This document shows positions 1-8,518 of a stretch of DNA of 24,447 nucleotides, one piece after another. Under the pieces are notes generated by a model. It searched no databases and was not told the origin of the DNA. It worked only from the letters and a program-made list of their open reading frames with translations. Location: the NCBI GenBank assembly GCA_046484865.1, contig JAWOID010000110.1, forward strand, positions 1-24,447. The letters run 5' to 3'. Positions within the stretch are counted from its first letter, which is position 1; every line of letters begins with the position of its first letter. Source of the stretch: Candidatus Krumholzibacteriia bacterium (GTDB taxonomy: Bacteria; Krumholzibacteriota; Krumholzibacteriia; LZORAL124-64-63). A program made the position numbers and the translations under genes.

Positions 1-188
1 AATCCCCCGACCACGTCGCGTGCACGGTGCACAGATCTCCGCCCGGCATGGTGCATCAGTTCGGACGGGAGCGTGCGCGCGGTGCAGACGGCATCGATGT
101 GGCGACTAGGGCAACCTCCCGCTCCCCCATCCGGCGCGGAGGCGAACGCCGAGTCTAGGAAGATCACGAGCGATTCGCAACGGGTCCA

Positions 189-647
189 TTATTCCACGGA
201 AATTGTTTCCGGCTCCTGGCCGTGATGGCGAACCATCCGTTCACGCCGCGCCGGCCGCGGGCCTGCTCGATCGCTGCCCTCGTCAGCTTCTGCCGGGGCG
301 TCATCCTGCCGAAGCGACGGATTTCGCTGGCGATCGATGGTCGCGGTGGCAACATCCAGGTCGGTCGCGATCTGGCTGTTGCACATCTCGCCGGTGACCT
401 TGGTCACCAGCTGGGGGAGGATCTCGGGATCCTTCAGCCAGTAGGTGGTGGCGATGGTCTGTGAACCGAAGGTGACGCCGCAGTGCAGGCAGCGAAACCT
501 GCAGATACGCCTTGGTTCGGTGAGGCGGAAATAGGAGCCCATGCGCTTGAACCGCCAGCCTGGCTGCAAGCGCTTGTGGTACTTGCAAGTAGGAGCCGGA
601 CAGTGGGGCGGCGTCCAGCGGCGGTCGTCGAGCTCGTGGTTGTCCAT
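189..647 (-). pseudogene. Truncated transposase (IS1/IS1595-like N-terminal zinc ribbon + HTH; no DDE domain)
   Basis: ATG at 647 with AGAGAGG upstream. Translation MDNHELDDRRWTPPHCPAPTCKYH...FRCLHCGVTFGSQTIATTYWLKDPEILPQL...CNSQIATDLDVATATIDRQ has C-x4-C and CxxC plus an HTH-like segment. Protein-like character is lost after ~326, and the stop coincides with the end of the left IR. Confidence 0.7.
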
Positions 648-695
648 GCCTCTCTGGGTGCAGGGCCGGGGCCGGAAACATTCTTCGTGGAATAA
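189..695. mobile_element. Internally deleted insertion sequence (MITE-like derivative, 507 bp) bounded by terminal inverted repeats
   Basis: 189-212 TTATTCCACGGAAATTGTTTCCGG matches the reverse complement of 672-695 CCGGAAACATTCTTCGTGGAATAA at 21/24 positions. The repeats enclose a truncated transposase-like ORF. Confidence 0.75.
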
Positions 696-788
696 CTCAG
701 GGAACGACGGAACGCTGAATCGGCGGTCCCCGTCACCAGCGCCCGCACGGACCTCCAATTGTTCGAAGATCGATCCGGCGCGAGTCTG

Positions 789-826
789 CTGCTGCCCCGG
801 CTGCTGCCCCGGCTGCTGCCCCGGCT
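789..826 (+). repeat. 12-bp tandem repeat (CTGCTGCCCCGG)x3
   Basis: Perfect copies at 789-800, 801-812 and 813-824, plus a partial CT. Confidence 0.9.
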
Positions 827-944
827 CTCGCCTCCCCGTTCCTGATCTGCTAGCATGGCCCCGCTGGTTCTCGCAACCGCCTAGCGACTGCCACGTAGAA
901 CGACGAACGGTCCCCCCACCACCAGGAAGCGAGGGAGCACCATC

Positions 945-3449
945 ATGTCCCGTCCCCTGACCAGGCTCGTGTTCGCCCTGTCGATGATCGCGACGACGGC
1001 CGCCGTCGCCATCGCTGCTGTCGCCGCCGCCCCCGCCATCGCTGCCGATGACGCCACGCAACCGCGCACCGGCTGGCAGTCGCCTCCCACCGACATCATG
1101 GAGGTCCTCCACGCCCCGCAGCTCCCGTGGGTGTGGACGTCGCCCACCGGCGAGCACCTGTTCCTCGCCGACCCGGTGCTCTACCCGCCCCTCGCCGAGC
1201 TGGCCGCGACGAAGCACAAGCTGGCCGGCATGCAGGTCGACCCGGCCACCAACGGCTTCCACGGTCGGCACGGCGGCACCTCCCCGCGTCTGATGCGGGT
1301 CGAGGGCGGCGATCCCATGCCCCTCGACCTGCCGGAGGGCGCCGAGGTGCTCGGCGTCGACTGGACCGTCGACGGCCGCCGCTTCGCGCTCACCGTCGTC
1401 CACGAGGACCACATCGGCCTGTGGCTCGGTTCGGTCGACGGCGATCTCACGAAGTTCGACGGCCTCGCCCTCAATCCGCTCCTGGGTTCCCCGGTGAGCT
1501 GGTTGCCCGACCAGCAGCGGCTCCTGGTGCGTCGCATTCCGGACCGCGACCCCGCGCCCGAGGCGCCGCCCATCCCCGCGGGACCGGAGATCGTCGAGGG
1601 CATGGGCGCCTCGGCCCGCTCCACCTATGAAGCCCGCAACTTGCTCGAGACCGTCCACGACGACGCGCTCTTCGACTATTTCACCGCCTCCGAGCTGGTG
1701 ATCGTCGACCCGGCGAGCGGCGGGCTGGACGTGATCGGCGAGGCCGCGCAGTACGCCACGGCCGAGTTCTCGCCCGACGGCGAGTATCTCCTGGTCGAGC
1801 GCCTGGCGAAGCCGTGGTCGCACGAGGTGGCGTGGTGGCGCTTCGCCCACGAGATCGAGGTGTGGAACGTGGCGGGCGAGCGGGTGGCCGCCGTGGCCTC
1901 CCTGCCACTCGCCGACCAGGTGCCCATCCACGGGGTTCCGGAGGGACCGCGCTCGGTCGAGTGGCGTCCCACCGCCCCGCACACGCTCTACTGGGTGGAG
2001 GCGCTCGACGGCGGCAACCCCGTGGCCGAGGTGCCCCACCGCGATCGGTTCATGCGTCTGGCCGCACCGTTCACCGGCGAGCCCGAGGAGGTCTTCCGGG
2101 CCGAGCACCGCATCCAGCCGTGGCAGAGCGCCTGGGGCGCGGACGGCGGCACCTTCATGCTCACCGAGCGCGAACGGATCCGCCGCTGGCGCTACGTGTG
2201 GCTGCTGGACGTGGACGAGGGCACGTCGCGCCGCTGGTTCGACCTCGACGAGGACGACCGGTACGGCGATCCGGGTCGCCCGGTCATGCGCCCCCTGGCC
2301 AACGGCCGCTGGGTGATGCACGGGAAAGGCGACGCGATCTACTTCCGCGGCAGCGGCGCCGCCGACGAGGGCGACCGGCCCTTCCTGGACCTGCGTCACC
2401 TGGCGACCGGCGAGGCCGAGCGCCTGTTCCGCAGCGACCCCGACCGTTACGAGGTGTTCATCGACTTCGCAGGCGACGACGACCGCTTCGTGCTCCGTTC
2501 GGAGTCGCCGGTCGACGTGCCCAACTACTATCTGGTCACCTTCGGTGAGACGATCGAGGCCGAGCCGGGCGAGGCCACCCGGACCACGACCCGCGAGCCG
2601 ATCACCCGCTTCGAGGACCCCACACCGCAGCTGCGCCAGATCGAGAAGCGCATCGTGCGCTACGAGCGCGCCGACGGCGTGCCCCTCAGCTTTCACCTGC
2701 ACCTGCCGCCCGGCTATCAGGAAGGTACGCGGCTGCCCACGGTGGTGTACGCCTACCCCCTGGAGTACTCGGGTGCGGCCACCGCGGGCCAGGTGCGCGG
2801 TTCGACCCAGCTCTTCAGCCGTTTCTACGGGTCCACCCACCTGTTCTTCCTGCTCCGCGGCTACGCGGTGCTCGACAACACCGCGATGCCGATGGTCGGC
2901 GACCCCGAGACGGTCTACGACACGTTCGTGCCCCAGCTGGTGGCCGACGCCGAGGCCGCCGTGCAGAAGGCGGTGGAGATGGGCGTGGCCGACCCCGGGC
3001 GGATCGGCGTCATCGGCCACAGCCATGGCGCGCTCATGGTGGCCCACCTGCTCGCGCACTCGGACCTGTTCCGCGCCGGCATCGCGCGCAGCGGCTCGTA
3101 CAACAAGACCAACCAGCCGTTCGGCTTCCAGTCCGAGCGCCGCTCCCTGTTCGAGGCCAGGGACGTCTATATCCAGGTCTCCCCCACCTTCTTCGCCGAC
3201 CAGGTGAACGAGCCCGTCCTGATCATCCACGGCGACGACGACTCCAACCCCGGTACCCTCACCTTCCAGTCGGAGGTGTTCTTCGAGGCGGTGCGCGGGT
3301 CGGGCGGCACCGCCCGCCTGGTGCTGCTGCCGTTCGAGGATCACGGCTACCGCGCCCGCGAGAGCATCGAGCACGTGCTGTGGGAGCAGTTGCGGTGGTT
3401 CGACGAGTACGTGAAGACAGAGATGCCGGAACCGAAGCCGGGGTCGTGA
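945..3449 (+). CDS. Secreted S9 family (prolyl oligopeptidase-like / glutamyl peptidase-like) serine peptidase, 834 aa
   Basis: GGAG RBS and an Ala-rich signal peptide. Beta-propeller region (WSPDG-like repeats). Catalytic motifs GHSHG (Ser), HGDDDSNPGT (Asp) and PFEDHGY (His), plus GIARSGSYN. Confidence 0.92.
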   Translation: MSRPLTRLVFALSMIATTAAVAIAAVAAAPAIAADDATQPRTGWQSPPTDIMEVLHAPQLPWVWTSPTGEHLFLADPVLYPPLAELAATKHKLAGMQVDPATNGFHGRHGGTSPRLMRVEGGDPMPLDLPEGAEVLGVDWTVDGRRFALTVVHEDHIGLWLGSVDGDLTKFDGLALNPLLGSPVSWLPDQQRLLVRRIPDRDPAPEAPPIPAGPEIVEGMGASARSTYEARNLLETVHDDALFDYFTASELVIVDPASGGLDVIGEAAQYATAEFSPDGEYLLVERLAKPWSHEVAWWRFAHEIEVWNVAGERVAAVASLPLADQVPIHGVPEGPRSVEWRPTAPHTLYWVEALDGGNPVAEVPHRDRFMRLAAPFTGEPEEVFRAEHRIQPWQSAWGADGGTFMLTERERIRRWRYVWLLDVDEGTSRRWFDLDEDDRYGDPGRPVMRPLANGRWVMHGKGDAIYFRGSGAADEGDRPFLDLRHLATGEAERLFRSDPDRYEVFIDFAGDDDRFVLRSESPVDVPNYYLVTFGETIEAEPGEATRTTTREPITRFEDPTPQLRQIEKRIVRYERADGVPLSFHLHLPPGYQEGTRLPTVVYAYPLEYSGAATAGQVRGSTQLFSRFYGSTHLFFLLRGYAVLDNTAMPMVGDPETVYDTFVPQLVADAEAAVQKAVEMGVADPGRIGVIGHSHGALMVAHLLAHSDLFRAGIARSGSYNKTNQPFGFQSERRSLFEARDVYIQVSPTFFADQVNEPVLIIHGDDDSNPGTLTFQSEVFFEAVRGSGGTARLVLLPFEDHGYRARESIEHVLWEQLRWFDEYVKTEMPEPKPGS

Positions 3450-3507
3450 CGGCGGGCGGGTGATGTGACCCCGACGGGCGGCCGGCACGTCCGAAACGTC
3501 CGGCACG

Positions 3508-3551
3508 GGTGTGAATCGCAGCCTCGGGAGACCGCGGCGGCGATTCACACC
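3508..3551. terminator. 44-nt hairpin with GNRA (GAGA) tetraloop between convergent genes
   Basis: Perfect 12-bp outer stem GGTGTGAATCGC/GCGATTCACACC, inner GCC/GGC and CGG/CCG stems, loop GAGA. No U-tract. Confidence 0.55.
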
Positions 3552-3570
3552 GCGCGCCGCGCGGCCCGGC

Positions 3571-4365
3571 TCACGCCGCCAGGTCGCGCCGCTCCCAGCC
3601 CAGGGCCGCGCCGGTCGCCAGCAGAGCCGTGAGGCCGAGCAGAAGCAGGACCGCCACGAGATCGGGATCGCCCGCCAGCGGATAGCCGGCCTTCTGGTAC
3701 GCGAAGAGCGAGACCGGCCGCCACCAGGCGAAGGCCGGCGAGACGAGTCGCGCGGTCTCGAACACGTAGCTCGCCACCACCACCGCGCCGGCCACGAATC
3801 CGGCCGAGCGCGGATGGTCGGCCAGGCTCGACGCGATCAACGCCAGCGCCGCGAAGAGCCAGGACAGCGGCAGCGCGTTGAGCGTGGCCACGACCAGGCG
3901 CCGGGTGGAGCCTTCGGCTCCGATGATGGCCGCCGACACGACCACCGCGAGAGCCGTGGCGACGCCGATCACCGTCACGCCGGTGACCAGGGCCAGGAAC
4001 TTCGCCGCCACCACCCGCCGGCGGCGCACCGGCCGCGCCAGCAGCAGGTCCACGTGCCTGTGCTCGATCTCGCCGGCCAGCGCCTGCGCGCCGTGCGACA
4101 CGACGAAGATCGCGAGCAGGAGCGGCAGCGGTTCGAACAACTTCACCCAAAGAAAACCGTCGAGCCGCGCGAGCGCCGAGAGGTCGCCGATCATCGCCTT
4201 GAAGACCCGAGGCATGCTGTCGAGGAACGCCAGAAGTCCGTCCATCTGCTGGACGGTCGGGTAGAGCAGCACGTTGAGGGCGGCGATTGCGGCCACGCCC
4301 AGGCTCCACAGGATGATCGCCACGCGCAGGTCGCGCAGCGTCTTGAGGTAGACGCTACCCCGCAT
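3571..4365 (-). CDS. ABC-2 type transporter permease, 264 aa
   Basis: About 6 hydrophobic segments. Motif AGEIEHRHVDLLLARPVRRRRVVAAKF and C-terminal WERRDL. Overlaps the stop of the ATPase gene. Confidence 0.9.
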   Translation of the reverse strand: MRGSVYLKTLRDLRVAIILWSLGVAAIAALNVLLYPTVQQMDGLLAFLDSMPRVFKAMIGDLSALARLDGFLWVKLFEPLPLLLAIFVVSHGAQALAGEIEHRHVDLLLARPVRRRRVVAAKFLALVTGVTVIGVATALAVVVSAAIIGAEGSTRRLVVATLNALPLSWLFAALALIASSLADHPRSAGFVAGAVVVASYVFETARLVSPAFAWWRPVSLFAYQKAGYPLAGDPDLVAVLLLLGLTALLATGAALGWERRDLAA

Positions 4366-5263
4366 GGCACGCCTCCGCGCGGCCGTACAGCGCGAGGAAG
4401 AACTCTTCGAGGTTCGGCTCGCGACTCAGGATGTCCACCAACTCGAACGGCGCCGCGGCCGCGAGGAGTTGCTCCAGCGTCCCGTGCACCGATGCCTGGA
4501 GCGTGACCCCCTCGATCACCAGGTCCTCGAGTCCGGGCAGGGCGGCGAACGCCTCGCGCGCCAGCGGCCGCGCACAGGTGAGCTTCACCACACGCACGGC
4601 GCGGCCGCGGAGGCTCGCCATCTCCTCCACGGCGATCAGTCGTCCGTCCCGCACGCTCGCGAAACGATCGCAGACCCGTTCCACCTCCGCGAGGTTGTGC
4701 GAGGACAGCAGCACCGTCCGTCCTGCCCGGCGCGACTCCTCGATCAGGCTGAAGAACTCCTGCTGGACCAGAGGGTCGAGCCCTGTCGTGGGCTCGTCCA
4801 GGATCAGCAGCGGCGCGTCGTGCATGAACGCCTGAACGATGCCGAGCTTCTGCTTGTTGCCGTGGGACAGTCGACGCACCGGACGGTCCAGGTCGGCGCC
4901 GAGCCTTCCGGTCAGGATGTGCATGATCGCGGGATCGAACGTGCCGCCGAGACGGCCCAGGTAGTCGAGCAGGCGACGGCCCGTGAGATCCTCGTAGAAC
5001 CGATATTCCCCGGGCAGGTAGCCGACGAGCCTCCGGACGGCCAGGCTCTGACGATGGCAGTCCAGTCCGAGGACGCGGGCCTCGCCGCGCGTGGGCCGGA
5101 TCAGGTCGAGCAGCAGCCGGATGGTGGTGGTCTTGCCCGCGCCGTTGGGGCCGAGGAACCCGAACACCTCGCCCGCCCGAACCGTCAGGTCGAGGTCCTC
5201 GATCCCCCGCTGCCGGCCGTAGTAGCGGGTCAGACGGCTGGTCTCGATGGCAGGAGTGGACAC
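4355..5263 (-). CDS. ABC transporter ATP-binding protein, 302 aa
   Basis: Walker A GPNGAGKTT, signature LSHGNKQK, Walker B LLILDEPT, H-loop SSH. GTG start with GAGG upstream. Confidence 0.95.
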   Translation of the reverse strand: MSTPAIETSRLTRYYGRQRGIEDLDLTVRAGEVFGFLGPNGAGKTTTIRLLLDLIRPTRGEARVLGLDCHRQSLAVRRLVGYLPGEYRFYEDLTGRRLLDYLGRLGGTFDPAIMHILTGRLGADLDRPVRRLSHGNKQKLGIVQAFMHDAPLLILDEPTTGLDPLVQQEFFSLIEESRRAGRTVLLSSHNLAEVERVCDRFASVRDGRLIAVEEMASLRGRAVRVVKLTCARPLAREAFAALPGLEDLVIEGVTLQASVHGTLEQLLAAAAPFELVDILSREPNLEEFFLALYGRAEACHAG

Positions 5264-5500
5264 GCCTGACCTCGCTTCGCCCGGGTGGTCGGCGGTTGAC
5301 GGCCGTGATCGTGAACGATCCCGATTCGGCTGGCAAGTCGCGTCTGAACACCGGTTTCAGGACCTTGCCCAGCCGGCGATCCGCTCGTATGCTGCATGCG
5401 CATACGCGAGTTCATAACTCCTCTATTCCATGTCCGCGCGCCAGGAATCACTTTCCTGCGACCCGCACATTTTCCGGCGCCGGAGCACGCGGAGGAAGCC

Positions 5501-7189
5501 ATGCCGACCAGACCCGTCATCCTCATCGTCGACGACAGCCTCACCTCCTCGACGGCGATGCTGAACGCCGTCAGCCGGCGCTTCGGGGCAGACTACCGGA
5601 TCGCCTCGCACCGGTCGGCACGCGACGCCCTGGCGGATCTGGCCATGATCCGCGCAGAGGGCGAGCAGGTGGCGCTGCTCATCGCCGACCAGTGGATGCC
5701 CGAGATGACCGGCCGCGAGTTCCTGCAGGAGGCCCACGCGATGCACCCGCGCGCTCAGCGCGCGCTACTGGTGGGCTGGGGCGACCGTCGCGCCAGCACG
5801 GCGATCCTCGAGGGCTGCGCCTACGGCCAGCTGGAGAACTACATCCTGAAGCCCTGGACGCCGCCCGAGGTGCATCTGTACCCGGTGGTCAGCGAGTTCC
5901 TGGCGGACTGGACCCGCGAAAACGGGCCGCGCATGGAGCTGGTGCGCGTCGTCGGGCGCAATCCCTCGCCGCGCGCGCACGAGATCTGCGACCTACTGCA
6001 GCGCAACGGCGTTCCGCACGGGTTCCATGTCGACGATTCGGACGCGGGCCGGCAGCTCCTGCAGCAGGTCGGGGCCGACGGCGAAGAGGGTCCGGTCGTG
6101 GTCGTCGGCGACGGGCGCTACCTCGTGAATCCCTCCAACCTCGAGCTGGCCGACGAGTTGGGCGCCTCCGACCTGGAGGAGAACACGTGCGATCTGGCCG
6201 TGGTGGGCGCGGGGCCGGCCGGTCTGGCTGCCGCCGTCTACGGCGCTTCGGAGGGCCTGCGGACCCTCGTCGTCGAGCGCGAGGCTATCGGCGGTCAGGC
6301 GGGCATGAGCTCGCTCATCCGCAACTACCTGGGTTTCCCGCGCGGGATCAGCGGGGCCGAACTGGCCCGGCGCGCCCACCAGCAAGCCTGGCTCTTCGGG
6401 GCCAAGTACGTGCTGGCGAGAGAAGTGGCCGGTCTGCGCACCGAGGGCGACGAACGCATCCTGCACCTCTCGGACGGTCGCCGGGTCACCGCGCGCGCCG
6501 TCCTGATCGCGACCGGCGCAGCCTACCGCCGGCTGGAGGATCCCGCCCTGGAGCGCTACGCCGGCATGGGCCTCTACTACTCGGCCGGCACCGAGTCCGG
6601 CATGGTCCTGGGCGGCAAGGACGTGGTCGTCGCCGGCGGCGGCAACTCGGCCGGGCAGGCCGTGGCTCACCTGGCCCGGAACGCTCGCAAGGTCACCCTC
6701 GTGGTCCGGGGCGAATCGATGAGCAAGGGGATGTCCGACTACCTGGTCCAGTTGATCCGGCGCCTGCCCAACGTGGAGATCCTGGTGAACACGGACATCG
6801 TCGGCGGCGAGGGCGAGCACACGCTCGACCGGATCGTCGTCCAGGACCGGGTGCACGGCCGGCAGCGGACGATCCCGACCGCGGCCACGTTCGTGCTGAT
6901 CGGCGCCCGGCCCCACACCGGCTGGCTGGACGGCGCCGTGGCCCGTGACCGCAGCGGTTTCATCCTGACCGGAGACGACGTCGAGACGGCGACCGCGCCC
7001 GAGTGGCCGTGGCAGGCGAGACGTCCGCTCCGCTTCGAGACGAGCATGCCCGGCGTGTTCGCCGCCGGCGACGTGCGCCTCGGCTCCGTGAAGCGGATCG
7101 CCGCGGCCGTCGGCGAGGGTTCGGCCGCCGTCCGCCTCGTGCACGAGTACCTGGCGCTGCCGCGGGAGGCGGCCGGGGCCGGCACCTAG
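5501..7189 (+). CDS. Response-regulator receiver / glutaredoxin-like / thioredoxin-reductase-like FAD oxidoreductase fusion, 562 aa
   Basis: GGAGG RBS before ATG 5501. REC motifs ILIVDD, IADQWMPEMTG, YILKPW. FAD motif VVGAGPAGLAAA, ATGA, GGGNSAGQA, and ETSMPGVFAAGD. Confidence 0.9.
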   Translation: MPTRPVILIVDDSLTSSTAMLNAVSRRFGADYRIASHRSARDALADLAMIRAEGEQVALLIADQWMPEMTGREFLQEAHAMHPRAQRALLVGWGDRRASTAILEGCAYGQLENYILKPWTPPEVHLYPVVSEFLADWTRENGPRMELVRVVGRNPSPRAHEICDLLQRNGVPHGFHVDDSDAGRQLLQQVGADGEEGPVVVVGDGRYLVNPSNLELADELGASDLEENTCDLAVVGAGPAGLAAAVYGASEGLRTLVVEREAIGGQAGMSSLIRNYLGFPRGISGAELARRAHQQAWLFGAKYVLAREVAGLRTEGDERILHLSDGRRVTARAVLIATGAAYRRLEDPALERYAGMGLYYSAGTESGMVLGGKDVVVAGGGNSAGQAVAHLARNARKVTLVVRGESMSKGMSDYLVQLIRRLPNVEILVNTDIVGGEGEHTLDRIVVQDRVHGRQRTIPTAATFVLIGARPHTGWLDGAVARDRSGFILTGDDVETATAPEWPWQARRPLRFETSMPGVFAAGDVRLGSVKRIAAAVGEGSAAVRLVHEYLALPREAAGAGT

Positions 7190-7272
7190 CGTACGGACCA
7201 GCGGATCACCGGTTTGGAATGGCAGCCCGCCACGTGACCGATCTCGAGCGCCAGCGACTGCTCGCTACGGGG

Positions 7273-7494
7273 TCAACGCTTTTCGGGCCTGCACCCGAAG
7301 ATGTGCGTGGCGGCCCAGACCAGGAGCGCCACCGCCAGCCAGACGGTGGCGTACCCCAGCAGATTGCCCTCGACGATGCTCTGCACCGACTCGTCCGGCT
7401 CCCCTCGGACGAGATCGACGACCGTGGTCCCGAAAAACATGACCAGTGCGGGGATACCCGTCCTCAGCAGAGCCTTTCTGAGCGACCAGCGCAT
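7273..7494 (-). CDS. Small hypothetical membrane protein (2 TM), 73 aa
   Basis: GGAGG upstream. Two hydrophobic stretches (GIPALVMFFGTTVV and LLGYATVWLAVALLVWAATHIFG). Confidence 0.55.
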   Translation of the reverse strand: MRWSLRKALLRTGIPALVMFFGTTVVDLVRGEPDESVQSIVEGNLLGYATVWLAVALLVWAATHIFGCRPEKR

Positions 7495-7851
7495 GGCGCA
7501 TGCTCCTCCCAGCAAGTCGGTCGATCGCGAGGACGGTCCGGGAGCGCCGGGGGTGGTCTGGCCGGCCACCGGCGCGCACCACCGGCGCGCGACTTGCCCG
7601 CCCCACCCCGATCTGGTATTCTGGGCTCGATATCGTCGACGCAGACGTGAAAGGATATCATGCCTCTCTCCGACCGGCCCGCCTGAATCCTCATAGACCC
7701 AGTTCTATAGACGCTCGCGGACACGTTTGCCTGCATGCGGCACCGCTGTGCGCATGCGCCGAGGTGTCTTCATGGATCAGTGCCGCCGCGCAAGCGGGAC
7801 TCCGGTGAGTGAGCCGATTTTCTCAGCCACCGGAGCGAAGGAAGGGCCACG

Positions 7852-8319
7852 ATGGCAACCGATTTCTGGACCATGTCTTTCGACCGGGGCGAGACGGTTT
7901 CGCTGGAACTGACCATCCAGGTACAGAATCAGCATTCTGGCGCAGATCTGATGATCAAACCCGACATCCCAGGGATGCCGACGCTCGCTCTCGGAAGATG
8001 CGTGGTCGACGTCGCGGGAATCACCGCTGCGGCGTCCGAGGAAGGCTACCATGTCATCTTCACGTGTGCTTGCGGGTATCCGGGATGCGCCGGACATGGA
8101 GCGGTTCGTGTGCGGTTCGAGGACGACCTGGCGATCTGGGAGTGGAGCCGGTCCAGGCCATTCCGCGCGGTCTTCGCGCGAACGCAGGTCGAGAAACATG
8201 TGACCCGTACGATCGACGTGGCGCGCGTGGTCTGGAACGCGCTCAAGCGCCATGATCCGCAAGCCACGTGGACCCCCGCGGACAACAGCGCGGCACTTGC
8301 GGAAAGGCTGGACGAGTGA
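7852..8319 (+). CDS. Hypothetical protein with CxCGxxGC motif, 155 aa
   Basis: GAAGGAAGG upstream of ATG. Protein-like composition with motif IFTCACGYPGCAG followed by VRVRFEDDLAIW. Confidence 0.7.
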   Translation: MATDFWTMSFDRGETVSLELTIQVQNQHSGADLMIKPDIPGMPTLALGRCVVDVAGITAAASEEGYHVIFTCACGYPGCAGHGAVRVRFEDDLAIWEWSRSRPFRAVFARTQVEKHVTRTIDVARVVWNALKRHDPQATWTPADNSAALAERLDE

Positions 8320-8518
8320 GACCGTTCGCCGGAATCCGCCCTCACGCAGTCGCACCGTGCCCGTGTCACCGCATTCCGTCTTGAGAATCGACGATAGACG
8401 ATGGTAGAGTCGGACGAGATCATTGCCTCGGGAGGCGGAACCAGGCGGTTGGACGTCCTGTTCGCCGCGAGCTGCGGTCAGCTCGGTCGCAGTGTTCATC
8501 GCATCACCTGGAGTGAGA

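Noticed and set aside
164..355. Alternative-frame peptide EIRRFGRMTPRQKL as the transposase C-terminus
   Set aside because: Cannot be assigned without a homology search, and it runs through the IR.
648..3548. Long minus-strand ORF (1119 aa) and similar long antisense or alternative-frame ORFs (e.g. 14944-17640, 9940-11757, 8504-10138, 5296-6948)
   Set aside because: Shadow ORFs caused by high-GC codon bias over well-supported genes. Only the last 152 aa (189-647) of the 1119-aa ORF look real.
7186..7263. Short minus-strand codon-like stretch (EQSLALEIGHVAGCHSKPVIRWSVR*)
   Set aside because: Too short and lacks a start, so it cannot be supported as a gene or relic.
8320..8455. Integron attC site or structured RNA after the 155-aa ORF (GTTGGAC core, TCCGCC/GGCGGA pairing)
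   Set aside because: No matching RYYYAAC inverse core, and the pairing is short enough to be expected by chance at this GC content.
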